A DNA stretch of 64,000 nucleotides from the NCBI GenBank assembly GCA_964016885.1, contig OZ024749.1, positions 1,426,001 to 1,490,000 of the forward strand. Reading direction: 5' to 3'. The notes beneath the pieces were generated by a model. It worked only from the letters and a program-made list of their open reading frames with translations. It was not told the DNA's origin and searched no databases. Within the stretch, counting starts at the first letter, position 1. Every line of letters begins with the position of its first letter. Positions 50,115 through 62,620 of this stretch are shown piece by piece. The position numbers and the translations under genes were made by a program. This DNA comes from Eledone cirrhosa (taxonomy: Eukaryota).

Positions 50115-52434
50115 TCAAGTTCTTTCAACAATTAATTTTAACTGGTTCAATCCTATAGAAGAGTGAAGTAGTTGTTTCCTCATGGCATCAGAGAAGTCAT
50201 TTGAACACAGCCACAACACATTAAGACTACTACACTCCATCATCATCTTCTGTAATAAGGGACCACTCGCATCCCCTATAACGTTGCCACTTAGGTCAAG
50301 GTGTTCCAAGCGACCCGTGTCAATTATAGCTTGCAAGATGTGTTCTACCTGCTTGTCTCCGATTCTGTTCTGACATAAGACAAGTTCTGTCAGCAGAGGA
50401 AGGTTAAGGATCATCTGTTTGATTTTTTCGCAGGCTGCGTCATCAACTGCGACTTTAAATGCTGTAGAACGAATATCGATGCAGCTGAAGTTACGCAGTG
50501 GTGACAAAAGACTGAGGTTTAACTTACGAAGACCCTCACAAGCTAACAGTTCTTCTAGAAGACGGTTCACAGAAGTGACACTTATTACGCAGTTACTCAC
50601 CGAAAATGTTGAAAAGTTCTTGCCGTGCTTGATTTTGCCCACGAGATTCTCTGTGGCGCTTTCCAAGTCACACCTGGCTAGCTCAACTTTCTCAAAGATA
50701 TGAGGAAACACATTGATAATGTACGCCAAGCGATGGCGATTGTGGATGTTGTCTATGCAGAGCATTCGCAAGGCTATGTCGCTCGTAAAAACTGACCGCA
50801 CCTTTTTGTACATAATCGGTGTGAAATTGCCAGCCCTGTTCATCTCTCCACAAAATGACAAAGTTCGTATATACTTATTCTTTTTAAAAATTTCACATAC
50901 AATGTCGACAATGTACTGACTGTTAAACACACTTTCACAATGTATAAGTAAAGTGGTCAGATTTTCTAGTCGGTTTATAGCATGTGCCAGGGATATACAC
51001 AAGAAATATTGGTCCTCCATGCCATCTAAATGAAGTGTGATACCACGGATTCTTAATCGACAGAGCCTTGCAAGGCGACAGAAATTTTCAAGAACTTGAG
51101 ATGGACATCGCTGAATATGAAACTCTAAGACATCTGGGAAATGTTCTACAATACAGTTCATAAGAGAAGAAGGAAAATATATCTGACTAAGGCACTCTAA
51201 ACACAAGTCATAGTCATGCACATTGCCTCTCATTATTTTATCACAAATCCCAATACCTACACACTTTTTCTGACTCATGTTTGCCATGACATCGAGTAAA
51301 CAACGGACTCCATCCTCATCATAGCAAGACATGAGGGAACCAGTTAAGACAACCCAAAGGAAGCCCATTTCCCTACTCAACACCCACTCTAACAGATTAT
51401 CCCTCTCGTATCTGTCGGTGTGTTCTGCAATGTAAACAGACACAAAATATTCTTGAAAGTTTGTACTTGGAAACATGTAATATGCAGTGGAATTTTGCAA
51501 AGGAAGAAGATTGGCTTCGACAAAGAAACCAAGATGAGTGTTAGGGAGCTGCCAAAAATGGGGATCTATTTCTTTAGGACTGCAAAACGATCTCTCTGAT
51601 TTCCACATTTTAACAGATAATGTAGACAATTTCTTCAGAACAACAGATATCAAATGTCTTTCGGGAAGAATTTGGAATTTGGTATAGTACCTAGTTAGAG
51701 CACATTGCATAAGTTCTCTGTACAGATGATAAATACTATTAGTCTTTGGTTTAGCATGGTTGTCTATAATAAGCCATGCTAGCAGAACTAGTGTGTAGAC
51801 GTTCCGGAGGATTCTAGTCAGCACCAAATCTTTCCGTACCTTCTGAATCAAAAGTGACACCTCGAGTGCAGAGAAGTCCGACAGCAGCATTTCTTGGAGG
51901 AACACAAAACTACAATGGAACTGAAGTCCGACATTAAGAAACATTTGATCACAGAGTTGACGATTGGCAAATCTTGGACGGCAAGATATTAGCAGCTGGG
52001 CCTCAGGTAAACAAAGAGAACTGAGAATACCACGAAGGTCTTCTTTACCAGAATCATTTACATAGTCAAAATTATCAAGAATAACGAGTACATTGTTTTG
52101 GATGGAGACCAACCAATCAGATATATCCTTACAATTGCATTTCTTGTCTTGGATCAATGGATCAAACAAAATGCTCACCAACGAAACCAACCGCTCTCTC
52201 GCCTCAGACGGTTTTATGTCCGACAATGTTGTCACTTGGAGACAGTCTACATAAATAACTACGGTGAACTTATTCACATAAAAGGGAGATGACATCATTG
52301 TCTTGGTGGACCAATCATAGAGTAATTTCCAGCAGAGCAATCGTTGCTCATGGACATCACTCTCGACTAGAGTAATCTGGGTGACACTGTGTTGAATTGG
52401 TGAGAAGAGATCATAGATAGGTACTTCATGGCAC
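50115..52434 (-). CDS. Terminal exon of a NACHT-LRR (NLR-like) gene, about 772 aa, with degenerate ATPase motifs; upstream exons not located
   Basis: Uninterrupted 2.3-kb ORF with acceptor TTTTGTTTCAG|G (phase 2). NACHT landmarks in order: LCWKLLYDW, FTVVIYVDC, VLVILDNFD, LLISCRP, FLNVGL, RNVYTLVLLAW, LYRELM and winged-helix YMFPSTNFQEYF. RI-type LRRs: LTELVLCQNRIGD, LEHLDLSGNVIGD and LNVLWLCSNDFSD. Confidence 0.85.
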
Positions 52435-53317
52435 CTGAAACAAAACATAGAATAACATTAAAACATTTGTGTAGGAGAGAGAAAGAAATAAGGTAAAAAC
52501 AATAAAATTCTAATTCTCCCAGCAAAAAGTGAAAGAATTGGTTAATTCTACAACTTGGTTCAACAATAAAATTATCTAACCATAATTTCAGCCCTATCAA
52601 TAGAAACAATAAATATATATATTTAAGTTTGGTAGTTCACCACTGGATAGAACTGGTCATTCCATATGGTTAACCATGATGTAATAGGAAAAGCACTTGA
52701 CGTTATGTAACTCATCCATCTTTGATGTTGAATCCTGTTGGTTGTGCAGGAATGGAGTTAATTATTATTGAATAAAATGACAGGAGGCCAAACTCGTGAA
52801 ATTCCTTCAAAGTTTTATTTCTGCAGACACTATATATATTCCAGTGGCCAGATTATGTAGGTGGTCAGTCAAAATTTTTTTCTCTGCTTTCTCTCCTTGT
52901 AACCTCTAGGATTGTGTTTACCATTATTCCTTTATTGTGTAACTATTATGCATTATACACCTGATGAAATAACCTGACCACTGAAATGTACATAGTGTTT
53001 ACAGAAATAAAACTTGGAAGGAATTTCACCAGCCCGGCCTCCTGTCATTTTATTCAATCAATTAGCTTCATACCGATGTATAATAACACTCACACACACA
53101 CACACATATATAGCTCTATATAGAAAACTTTATTTTCCATTTCAGATAGACGTGCTCCATCATTCACTTTTCTATAAAAGTATAATATACACAAAACGCC
53201 AGCATCAACAGTTTTCCAAGAGATGGCAACATGAAAGGACCTGCTATTTTTATCTAAAAACTTTTTTTCCCGATTTTGCCCTGTCCATCCCTTCAATCTT
53301 TCTAATTTCTCATTCTT

Positions 53318-53353
53318 TCTTCTGATGAAGGACTAGTGTCCGAAACGTTAAGA
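53318..53353 (+). ncRNA. Minimal type I hammerhead ribozyme motif (Penelope-like element remnant)
   Basis: TCTT-CTGATGA-A-GGAC(TAGT)GTCC-GAAA-CGTT-AAGA: stem I TCTT/AAGA, 4-bp stem II, palindromic AACGTT stem III and a GUU cleavage triplet. Confidence 0.7.
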
Positions 53354-53474
53354 CACTATTCCTGCTATTTCAAGCATTAAACTAATATATTCCTGACATA
53401 TTCTGTACCATTTGTGTTGTTATTTCTGTTTACCTTTTACAAACATATATATACATATATATATACATATACAT

Positions 53475-55380
53475 GCAGTATGTTAGAGAAAATTGTGATG
53501 TCATTGGTGAGAATTGTGTCCAAGATGATAAAGGTACACTTGCCCTGACAGGTGCTGAGAAGAAAGAAGCATGGACGAGCCATTATGAAAGATTACTGAA
53601 TGAGGAGAATGCATGGGAGAAAGAGACCCTACCCCAAGTGGACCCTATAGAGGGCCCAGCAATACAAGTCAGCAGCAGTGGAGTAAGTAAGGCAATTAAA
53701 GATATGAAGACGGAAAGGCAACTGGTCCATTAGGAATAGTTCTGAGATGCTGACAGCATCTGGGTTGGTAGGTTACACCATAACCACACGTATTGTTAAC
53801 CAGGTAATACTAGAGGGTCTCATACCAAAGGATTGGTGCAGCAGCATCATTGTCAACTGCTACAAAGGTAAAGGAGATGCATAAAGCTGATGGACCAGAT
53901 CATGAAAGTAACAGAAAGAGTTATAGCACAGTTGATTAGGGACATGGTAAATCTGGATGAGATACAGTTTGGATTTGTACCAGGCAAAAGGCACCTCTGA
54001 TGCTCTCTTACCAGGCAAAAGGCACCTCTGATACTCTCTTCCTTGTGAGGCAGTTACAGGAAAAGTATGTAGCTGAAAGTAAGCTGCTCTACATGGCATT
54101 TGTTGATCTGGAGAAAGCTTTTGACAGAGTGCCCCGTGCTATAATCTGGTGGGCTCTTAGAAAACTAGGAGTAGATGAATGGCTTGTGAAGGCTGTACAA
54201 GTCATGTATAGGGGAGGAATCAGCAATGTTAGGGTTAGTAATGACTATAGTGAGGAATTTAGCATACAGGTCGGTGTCCACCAGGGCTCCGTCCTTAGTC
54301 CTCTCCTGTTTACAGACTATAACTGAGGAGTTTAAGACTGGCCTCCCATGGGAACTCCTGTACGTGGATGATGATGGTGGAACTAGAGAAGAAATTTTAA
54401 CATGGAAGCAGGGCCTAGAAAGATGGGATTTTAAAGTCAACCTGACAAAGACTAAGGTCCTAGTAGGTAGAAGAGAAAACAGAACCCTGATCCCTCCTTG
54501 CTCAGTATGTAGGAAAGGGATAGATAGAAATTCCATCCTCTGCCCCAAATATAAACTATGGGCACACAAGAGATGTAGGCTATACATGTAGCAGCTGTAC
54601 TGGGACAAGAAGCAGCAAACGGCCACAAGCGCTATCAAATTCTGGAAAGGCTTGGTAGAAACAGTAGACAGCTTCTGCTACCTGGGTGACCAAATTAGCA
54701 GTGGAGGTGTGTTCTGAAAGTACAGTAGGCAGAATAAGAACAGGATGGAAGAAGTTCAGGGAGCTACTACCACTGCTAGCTACAAAAGGCTTTTCCCTCA
54801 AAATGAAAGGCAGACTGTATGATGCATGCATATGAACAGAAATGTTGCATGGTAAGGTCTGGGTGCTGTGTGCAGGAGACTTGTGTAGATTGGAAAGAAA
54901 TGAAGCTTGCATGCTCCAATGAATGTGTAATAGTAATATATGTGAACCACAAAGCATAAACTGAGAGAAAAACTAGGTATAAGAGGAATCAGATTAAGTG
55001 TGCAGGAGAGGAGATAGCGTTGGTATGGACATGTGATGTGTATGAAGGATGACAGCTGTATAAAAAGGTGCAGAGTGCTCAAAGTTGGTGGAATCTGAGG
55101 AGTGGGGAGACCCAGGAAGACTTGGGAGGAGGTGATAAAAGCTGACCTTGCCCAATTGCACTTCTTTAAGGCAATGACACAGGGCCAATATCTGTGGTGT
55201 TGAGCAGTAATACAGAAGACCCGACTTTGTACGGGGACAGGCCGAAGCTGAAGCATATATACAGTATTCCCCACCCACTCACATGCATCCCCCATGAAGA
55301 CAGACTAAAGTATACATCCAGTGGAGCATCCAGTCCACACAGTAAAGTGGTCATGTAGGTGTAATTCCAGCCATGGAGAG
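53475..55380 (+). mobile_element. RTE LINE, 5'-truncated and decayed
   Basis: Collinear with 13290-15200 (AFVDLEKAFDRV, GVHQGSVLSP, Cys-rich region, C-terminus). Confidence 0.9.
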
Positions 55381-55974
55381 CTTGCCAAGCAAACAAACAA
55401 AGGGTCAGCAGGACCCTTCTGTCATGTCAAGTCATGACAACTTCCCTAGTGTTGGTGATCTACCATGATAAACACACACAGCACCCGCTGTAAAGTGGTT
55501 GGTGATAGGAAGGGCATCATCATAAAATCTTGCCAAACAAAGGGTTGGAAGGACCCTCAGTTGTGTCAAAGACGACAAGCTCTCCTCAACACTCAATGGA
55601 ATGTGAGACCATACATAAGTGAAACACAGATCCCTGGCTTGCTTGGGAGATCAGTGGCTCTGCTTCAGTATGGAATAAGTGTATGTAGGTAGACCTGTCC
55701 AACCCTTGATAGCAGGGATAGCTAATGTTAAAATGACAATGATCATGATGATATGCATATATGTGGGTATATATAATATATCTGTTATGGGCAAATCCTT
55801 TTGCAGTGGTGGTAGTAGCTCCCGGAACTTCTTTCCATCAGGAATCAACCATTATTTTAGACCTTCATACCAGTCCGTTCTTGCAACACCTATCTTTTCT
55901 CTTTATAGTAGTTGATGAGAATATAACTGCACCAGTTTTGGTGGATTGTGCTTTCTCAGACTATCTAATTAGCT

Positions 55975-56135
55975 GTCGGACGCCATGCTTTCCGGCATAG
56001 TTACGTCCCTTTATGATATGAGTTCAAATCCCGCCGAGGTTGACTTTGCCTTTCATCCTTATGGGGTCAATAAAATAAAGTACCAGTAATGCACTGGGGT
56101 AATTGCTGGCCTTGTGCCAAAAAGTAGAAACAATT
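55975..56135 (+). mobile_element. SINE family A, 5'-truncated
   Basis: B-box and core as in the 2858 copy. Confidence 0.85.
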
Positions 56136-57346
56136 ATATACATATATATATCATTGTTTAACATCCATCTTCCACACACGTCTGTTCTTCCACGCTAGCA
56201 TGGGTTAGATGGGTTGTCCTGTTGTGGGCAGTGTCCGGTCGGCTGACCTTGTCTTGCTCTATATATATATATATATATATATAAAGAGTTGTCTTTTTTC
56301 TGTCACACACTTCTTTGAAGGTGGCAAATTGGGATTAAAGAACTGGACTTGGTGGACTATTATGAATAAGCAACGAGATACATTGTCGGTGAGTTCGGTT
56401 GGAGTCTCATTTAAAAGTCTCACGTTTTGTAGTCAGAAGTTACACCTGAGATAAAATTGTTAGTACCCCTGCATCGTAGAAAATATAACCAGTGTAAAGG
56501 GTTATAAAAAATACCAGACTAAATACTGAGAGTTCAAATACTAAAACCCATCAGTCACAGCCTAAAGACTGAAACCAATGAATATTCATTACCTAAACTA
56601 GTTTATATATAACTAGTTATATGGTTGAGAATAGTTACACGATATCCCAGTGTGTTATAAGAAGCGACTTAAAGGCTTGGTGTCAGGTAGAGAATCCGGG
56701 TGTAAAACATTGCTGAAGTAAAAACTGATATCATGATATATATATATATCATCATCATCGTTTAACGTCCATGTTCCACGCTTGCATGGGTTTGGACGGG
56801 AGTTTTCCCACTTGAGGCAAGAGTGGTTGTCTTGCTCGCATAGGACTGTCTGGCGGGTTTTCTACAGCTGCATATATATGCACAAGTATAGACATATATA
56901 TGAGGGTGTCCGAAACTGCAGTAGGGACACTGAGTAAATCGATGAATATTTCTTTAACATATTTATGTTTCCCAAATTAATTTTTATATATATATATTAA
57001 TTTATATTAACTGAGGTGGAGTCAGGCAGTTATTACTTATATATTCGTAAAAAGTCAGAATAACTCAGGGCAAATTAAAATAGAGAAAATACAAATCTTG
57101 AGAAAAAACAAAATAAATCGTGGACTTGTTTAGAAAAGTTCTCCAGATGTAATATTTTCACAAGCAGGTTTCATAAGAAACTAAAGAATAGCTGAAAGTA
57201 ACTAATCCATACAGGTTTATATGAGGTAACATTGACCTACTTGAAACACAGTGTCAAATTGGGAACAAACTTATTTGTATTTTGCAGGTGAATCAAATAA
57301 CTATCATTATTGCACCTTAGTGGGCGGTGGATTGTTGCACCTTAGA

Positions 57347-57730
57347 GGGCGGTGGATTGGCAGTATCGGTAGAGGGTCGGACGCCATGCTTTCCAGCATA
57401 GTTACGTCTCTTTACGATCTGAGTTCAAATCCCGCCGAGGTTAACTTTGCTTTTCATCCTTACGGGGGTTGATAAAATAAAGTACCAGTAATGTACTGGG
57501 GTAATTGCTGGCCTTGTGCCTAAAGTAGAAACAATTATTGCACCTTAGTAGTTTGCTAGTATCGCTAGAGTGTCAGACACCATGCTTTGCAGCATAGAGT
57601 TATGGCCCTTTATGTTCTGAGTTCAAATCTAGCCGAGGTTAGCTTTGCCTTTCATCCTTACGGGGTCGATAGAATAAACCACCAGTAATGTACTGGGGTA
57701 ATTGCTGGCCTTGTGCCAAAAGTAGAAATA
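57347..57730 (+). mobile_element. Two tandem SINE family A copies
   Basis: The first copy is flanked by repeats of TTGCACCTTAG. A second, more diverged copy follows. Confidence 0.85.
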
Positions 57731-58127
57731 CTATTCTACCTTTAACCCTTTCGTTGTATGTATGGGGTCATAGGGGCAGTGTTGTGACATATAGACAGGA
57801 AACTGCTTGTGGGGTCGTCACAGTGGACACTGTTGTGAGATGTATGCACATGTAACTCCTTGTGGGGTCGTAGAGGAGCTGTTGTGGCATACAGCATTTC
57901 TTTTTTAAAAACCCAGAGGAGCCCATCTCCTGCCAAGGTCTGAAGACACCCTATCTTCCAAAGCAGGAGTGAGAAAGAAATATAAAAGAAGAATAAAACT
58001 TCAGTACTAGACTGGTGCTTTTTTTTATCAACCTCGAAAGGATGAAAAGCAAGGTTGACCTAGTTGGAATTTGAATTCAAGGCACAGAAAGCTGCAACAA
58101 ATGCTACAAAGCTATAAAGCTACATTG

Positions 58128-58915
58128 TCTATGTCATTAACCCTTTCATTACCATATATCTAATGAAAGACACTATGTCATTAACCCTTACATTACCATA
58201 TTTCTAATGAAAGACAGTCTATGTCATTAACTCTTTCATTACCATATTTCTAATGAAAGACACTGTCTATTTCATTAACCCTTTCCTTACCATATTTCTA
58301 ATGAAAGACACTGTCTACGTCATTAACCCCTTCATTACCATATTTCTAATGAAAGACACTATGTCATTAACCCTTCCATTACCATATTTCTAATGAAAGA
58401 CCCTGTCTATGTCATTAACCCTTCCATTACCATATTTCTAATGTAAGACACTGTCTATGTCATTAATCCTTTCATTACCATATTTCTAATGAAAGACACT
58501 GTCTATGTCATTAACCCTTTCATTACCATATTTCTAATGAAAGACACTGTCTATGTCATTAACCCTTTCATTACCATATATCTAATGAAAGACACTGTCT
58601 ATGTCATTAACCCTTTCATTACCATATTTCTAATGTAAGACACTGTCTATGTCATTAATCCTTTCATTACCATATTTCTAATGTAAGACACTGTCTATGT
58701 CATTAACCCTTTCATTACCATATTTCTAATGAAAGACACTGTCTATGTCATTAACCCTTTCATTACCATATATCTAATGAAAGACACTGTCTATGTCATT
58801 AACCCTTTCATTACCATATATCTAATGTAAGATACTGTCTATGTCATTAACCCTTTCATTACCATATTTCTAATGAAAGACACTATGTCAATATCCCTTT
58901 CATAACCATATTTCA
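58128..58915. repeat. 48/44-bp minisatellite (about 16 copies) derived from a TTAACCCTTT MITE terminus
   Basis: Unit TAACCCTTTCATTACCATATTTCTAATGAAAGACACTGTCTATGTCAT. Single copies lie at about 9558, 18568 and 28646. Confidence 0.92.
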
Positions 58916-59554
58916 AATGAAATACATTGCCTAGCATTTTAAATTAACTGCCCCAGCCCCCAAAAATTGTTTGTCATACATATGTTAGAAACAATTATTA
59001 TTATTATTGAGGGTGGTGGATTGGTAGAGTTGTTAGAGCATCAGACAAATGCTGAGCAGTATTTGTCCCACCTTTTTATGAGCAAAGTTCAAATCCTGCT
59101 GAGGTCAATAAAATAAAGTACCAGTCATGTACTAGGGTCTGTTTAATCACCTCTGCCCTTCCCCAAATTTATTAGCCTTGCATCTAAATTAGAAATCAAT
59201 ATTACTGTCTTTTTAAAAGGGTTGGGGATTGACAGTGTCGGTAGACACTGTGCTGTGTGGCATAGTTATGTCCTCTAAGTTCAAATCCTTCTGAAGTTAG
59301 CTTTGCCTTTCATCCTTATGTGGTTGATAAGGCACCGGGGTTGATTTAATAGACTTTCCCTTTCCCCTGTTGACCTTGTGCCTAAATCAGAAACTCTCAT
59401 TATGGAATAGGTAGCCTATATCCCTACGTGTTATAGGAGCAAACTAAATGGGGTGCCACCAAGAAAGGCATCAGGTTATGAAATGTATGATGAATATGAT
59501 TAAACCTACGTGGTTAACCCTCCCTTTAGCAGTGAAACCTTTCCTATTCATCAT

Positions 59555-59897
59555 TCATCATCATCATTTCATTTTACGTCTGCTTTTTCCCTGCTTGCAA
59601 GGGTGGGACAGGAACTGATTCTGGCTTGATTTCTACAGCTGGATGCCCTTCCTAACACCAACCTCATTTACAGTGAGTGCTGGATGCTTTTTTTCCATGG
59701 CACCTCCACAACCACTTTGCAGTGGAATGATATGGACCCCAGTCCCTATCATCTCATTTTTACAGCTGAGTAAACTGGAGCAATGTGAAATAAAGTGTCT
59801 AGTTCAAGGAAACAACACATCAACCGGTCTGAGAATTGAACTCACAACCTTTCGATTGCAAGGCCAATGCTCTAACCACTAAGCCATGTGTCTCCAT
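59555..59897 (-). mobile_element. SINE family B
   Basis: Reverse complement of the 33908 element with a (CAT)n tail. Confidence 0.85.
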
Positions 59898-60205
59898 TTG
59901 CCTCCTATTGTTTTTTTTTTATGTTTTCAATGAATATGGCCTTTAAAACTGTTGGGAATTGGTAAAAATTCATTACATAATGAAGTTATGAAACAAAAAT
60001 TATTCTAAACGACACTTAAAACATTTTAAATATCAAAATATAAAAACTTTATAAATATATTCTCCACTCATGACAATTTCTAAACCACACTATCTAAACA
60101 ATGTATTGATTATCTGCCTTGGTTTATAAATGGGGTCAGGAGTTTTGCCTATTTCTCAGACATAAAATAAGGGTCTGTTTATGTTTGACTATATCTGGTA
60201 ATTTA

Positions 60206-61939
60206 CACCGTGTAACATATTTTTTGTTCCCCGGTTCTAAGTGTCATTGCCTGGTTTGTTATATCCCATTATTATTTAAAAAAACACTATTATTTAATCA
60301 GAAGTTTGGGTTTGTGTTCAGGAGTTTGATATTTCGAAATTTTCATATTTTTCAAGAAAAAACATTTTTTTAAAATTTATCAGTTCATATAATTAAATCA
60401 ACAGAGTATATATTTATTTTATTACACAAGCGTATCAAAAGCAAACAAGTAAAAACAAATAACACTTATAAAGCAACTTATACACGTCAGAAATGACTGG
60501 ATTTCCTATATTTACGGTTGTAGTCCAGGTCGTATTCCCGCACTAGCCCCCAGATATAGTCCCCCATCATTTTTTCATTGTAGTGGCCCTGGTACCTCCG
60601 CTCTATCTCTTTCACATTGTGGTGGAATCGTTCGCCTTGTTCTTCTGAGTAGGCGCCCATATTGTCCTTGAATTTTTCCAGGTGAGCGTCCAGCATATGG
60701 AGTTTAAGCGACATCCTGCATCACATGCGCCAAAAGCCTTTATCAGATCCTGCACCAGTTGCTGGTAGTTTTCAGCTCTGTAGTTGCTCAGGAAGCCCTT
60801 AACAACTGCCTTGAAACAGTTCCATGTTGTTCTCTCAATCCTATTGAGCTTATTGGAGAACTCGGTAGACTCAAACACCTTCTTTATCTGAGGTCCAACA
60901 AAAATTCCACCTTTGATTTTGGCCTCAGATAACTTGGGGAAGAACTCAAGAAGGTACTTAAAAATGGCTGATTCTTGGTTGAGAGCCTTCCCAAACTTCT
61001 TCATCAACCCCAACTTAATGTGCAGTGGCGGCATGAGCACAATCCTGGGATCAACCAGTGGCTCCCACATGACGTTCCGGGTCCCAACTACAAATTCTGT
61101 TCGCTGCTCCCAGTTCTTTATTTTGTAGTGGTCAGAGGTGGCTCTGCTGTCCCAAAGGCAGAGGAAGCATTGGATAAAGCCTCCTTGGAGTCCAAGCAGA
61201 AAAGCCACCATTTTGAAGTCTCCAATGATTTCCCAATTGTACTGGTTGTATTGCAGAGCTTCCAAGAGGACTTTCACACTGTAGTAATCTTCCTTCAGGC
61301 AGACTGAATGAGCTGCGGGCAGTGTTGGTAACTTGTTTCCATTGTGGAGGAGGACAGCCTTCAAACTTGTGGTGGAGCTGTCTATAAATAGCCGCCACTC
61401 CTTGGGCACAAACTGCACCCCAATAACGTCAAACAGTCCAGGCACGTCATGGCATAAGTAGAGGCCATCCCTAAGAGTGTAAAAGCCTGAGAAAGGTTTG
61501 TGTTGACTTCTCTGACTTGTCACCTGCACTTCCTCCTTGACCAAGTTCCACTGCTTCATCCTGGAGACGAATGCTTAAAACACAACTTACCCTTTTTTCA
61601 GGGTGCAAAAATCCAGTATCAAAAATCTCTTTAATCCACTTTTTAACAATTTTATACTTTATTGCACTTTTATAATTTTCTTTAGGTATTACTCTTTATT
61701 TTATAATTTTAATTTAACCTGAAACATATATTAAAAAAATCATTTAACATAAGCAAATTAAACTTACATACAACGTAAAATCCAGCATACAAATAATTTA
61801 GTGAATCGCTTAGAATTTTTACAAACCCCAACTTTTAACTGTTTAATAGCACTTTTTAAAAAATTTATTTGGGACCTAAGCAACACAAAAAAAGTGATTA
61901 CAAGCCAGGAACAGAGAAAAATTTTTTTTTGTTACAGTG
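60206..61939 (-). mobile_element. Chapaev3-like (CMC) DNA transposon, internally deleted and frameshifted
   Basis: Transposase motifs WRLFIDSS..SLKAVLLHNGN, GDFKMVAFLLGLQGG, PPLHIKLGLMK and SEEQGERFH. Imperfect TIRs (CACCGTGTAACA...TGTTACAGTG) with TTA on both flanks (60203-60205, 61940-61942). Confidence 0.8.
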
Positions 61940-62232
61940 TTATCGACAATATTATCTCCAAGAAATCACATCTACTAATATCACTCTTTTTTGGTACCTC
62001 AACTTATCTACAAAACTCTGACATTAAATCTCAGTTTATATTTATCTAACAAAGTTATTTTTTTACCCCCCCCCCCTCCCTCATGCTACACGTGTTATTG
62101 AAATTTTGTAAGTTCAAATAACTTTGATAAAGAAGTAATAGCTGTGGTGTGAGTATTACATTCAACATATCGTTATCTTTCTAGTTCAGATATATTTGGA
62201 ACTCTTCCAATGCACTTGTTTAAACTGACCCC

Positions 62233-62620
62233 TTGGCAGTATCGGTAGAGGGTCGGACGCCATGCTTTCCAGCATAGTTACGTCCCTTTATGATATGAGT
62301 TCAAATCCCGCCGAGGTTAACTTTGCCTTTCATCCTTACGGGGTCGATAAAATAAAGTACCAGTAATGCACTGGGATAATTGCTGGCCTTGTGCCTAAAG
62401 TAGAAACAATTATTATTATTGGCAGAGGGCGGTGTATTGGCAGTATCGGTAGAGGGTTGGACGCCGTGCTTTCCAGCAAAGAGTTACGCCCCTTTATGGA
62501 CTGAGTTCAAATCCCACCAAGGTTAACTTTGCCTTTCATCCTTACGGGGTCGATAAAATAAAGTACCAGTAATGTACTGGGGTAATTGCTGGCCTTGTGC
62601 CAAAAAGTAGAAACAAATAT
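62233..62620 (+). mobile_element. Two tandem SINE family A copies
   Basis: Head-to-tail copies at about 62233-62420 and 62427-62620. Confidence 0.88.

Noticed and set aside
52435-52448. ORF-track start (MFCF) as the true NLR start
   Set aside because: It lies in a polypyrimidine tract ending in CAG, so it is more likely intron read-through than a start, although this is not strictly excluded.
56593-56712. Minus-strand exon-like segment with good acceptor and donor as an NLR coding exon
   Set aside because: It has stops in all three frames, so at most it is an unverified UTR exon.
57742-57936. 64-aa minus ORF as an NLR upstream exon
   Set aside because: It has no recognisable domain, contains internal repeats and ends in a TTAACCCTTT MITE-like terminus.
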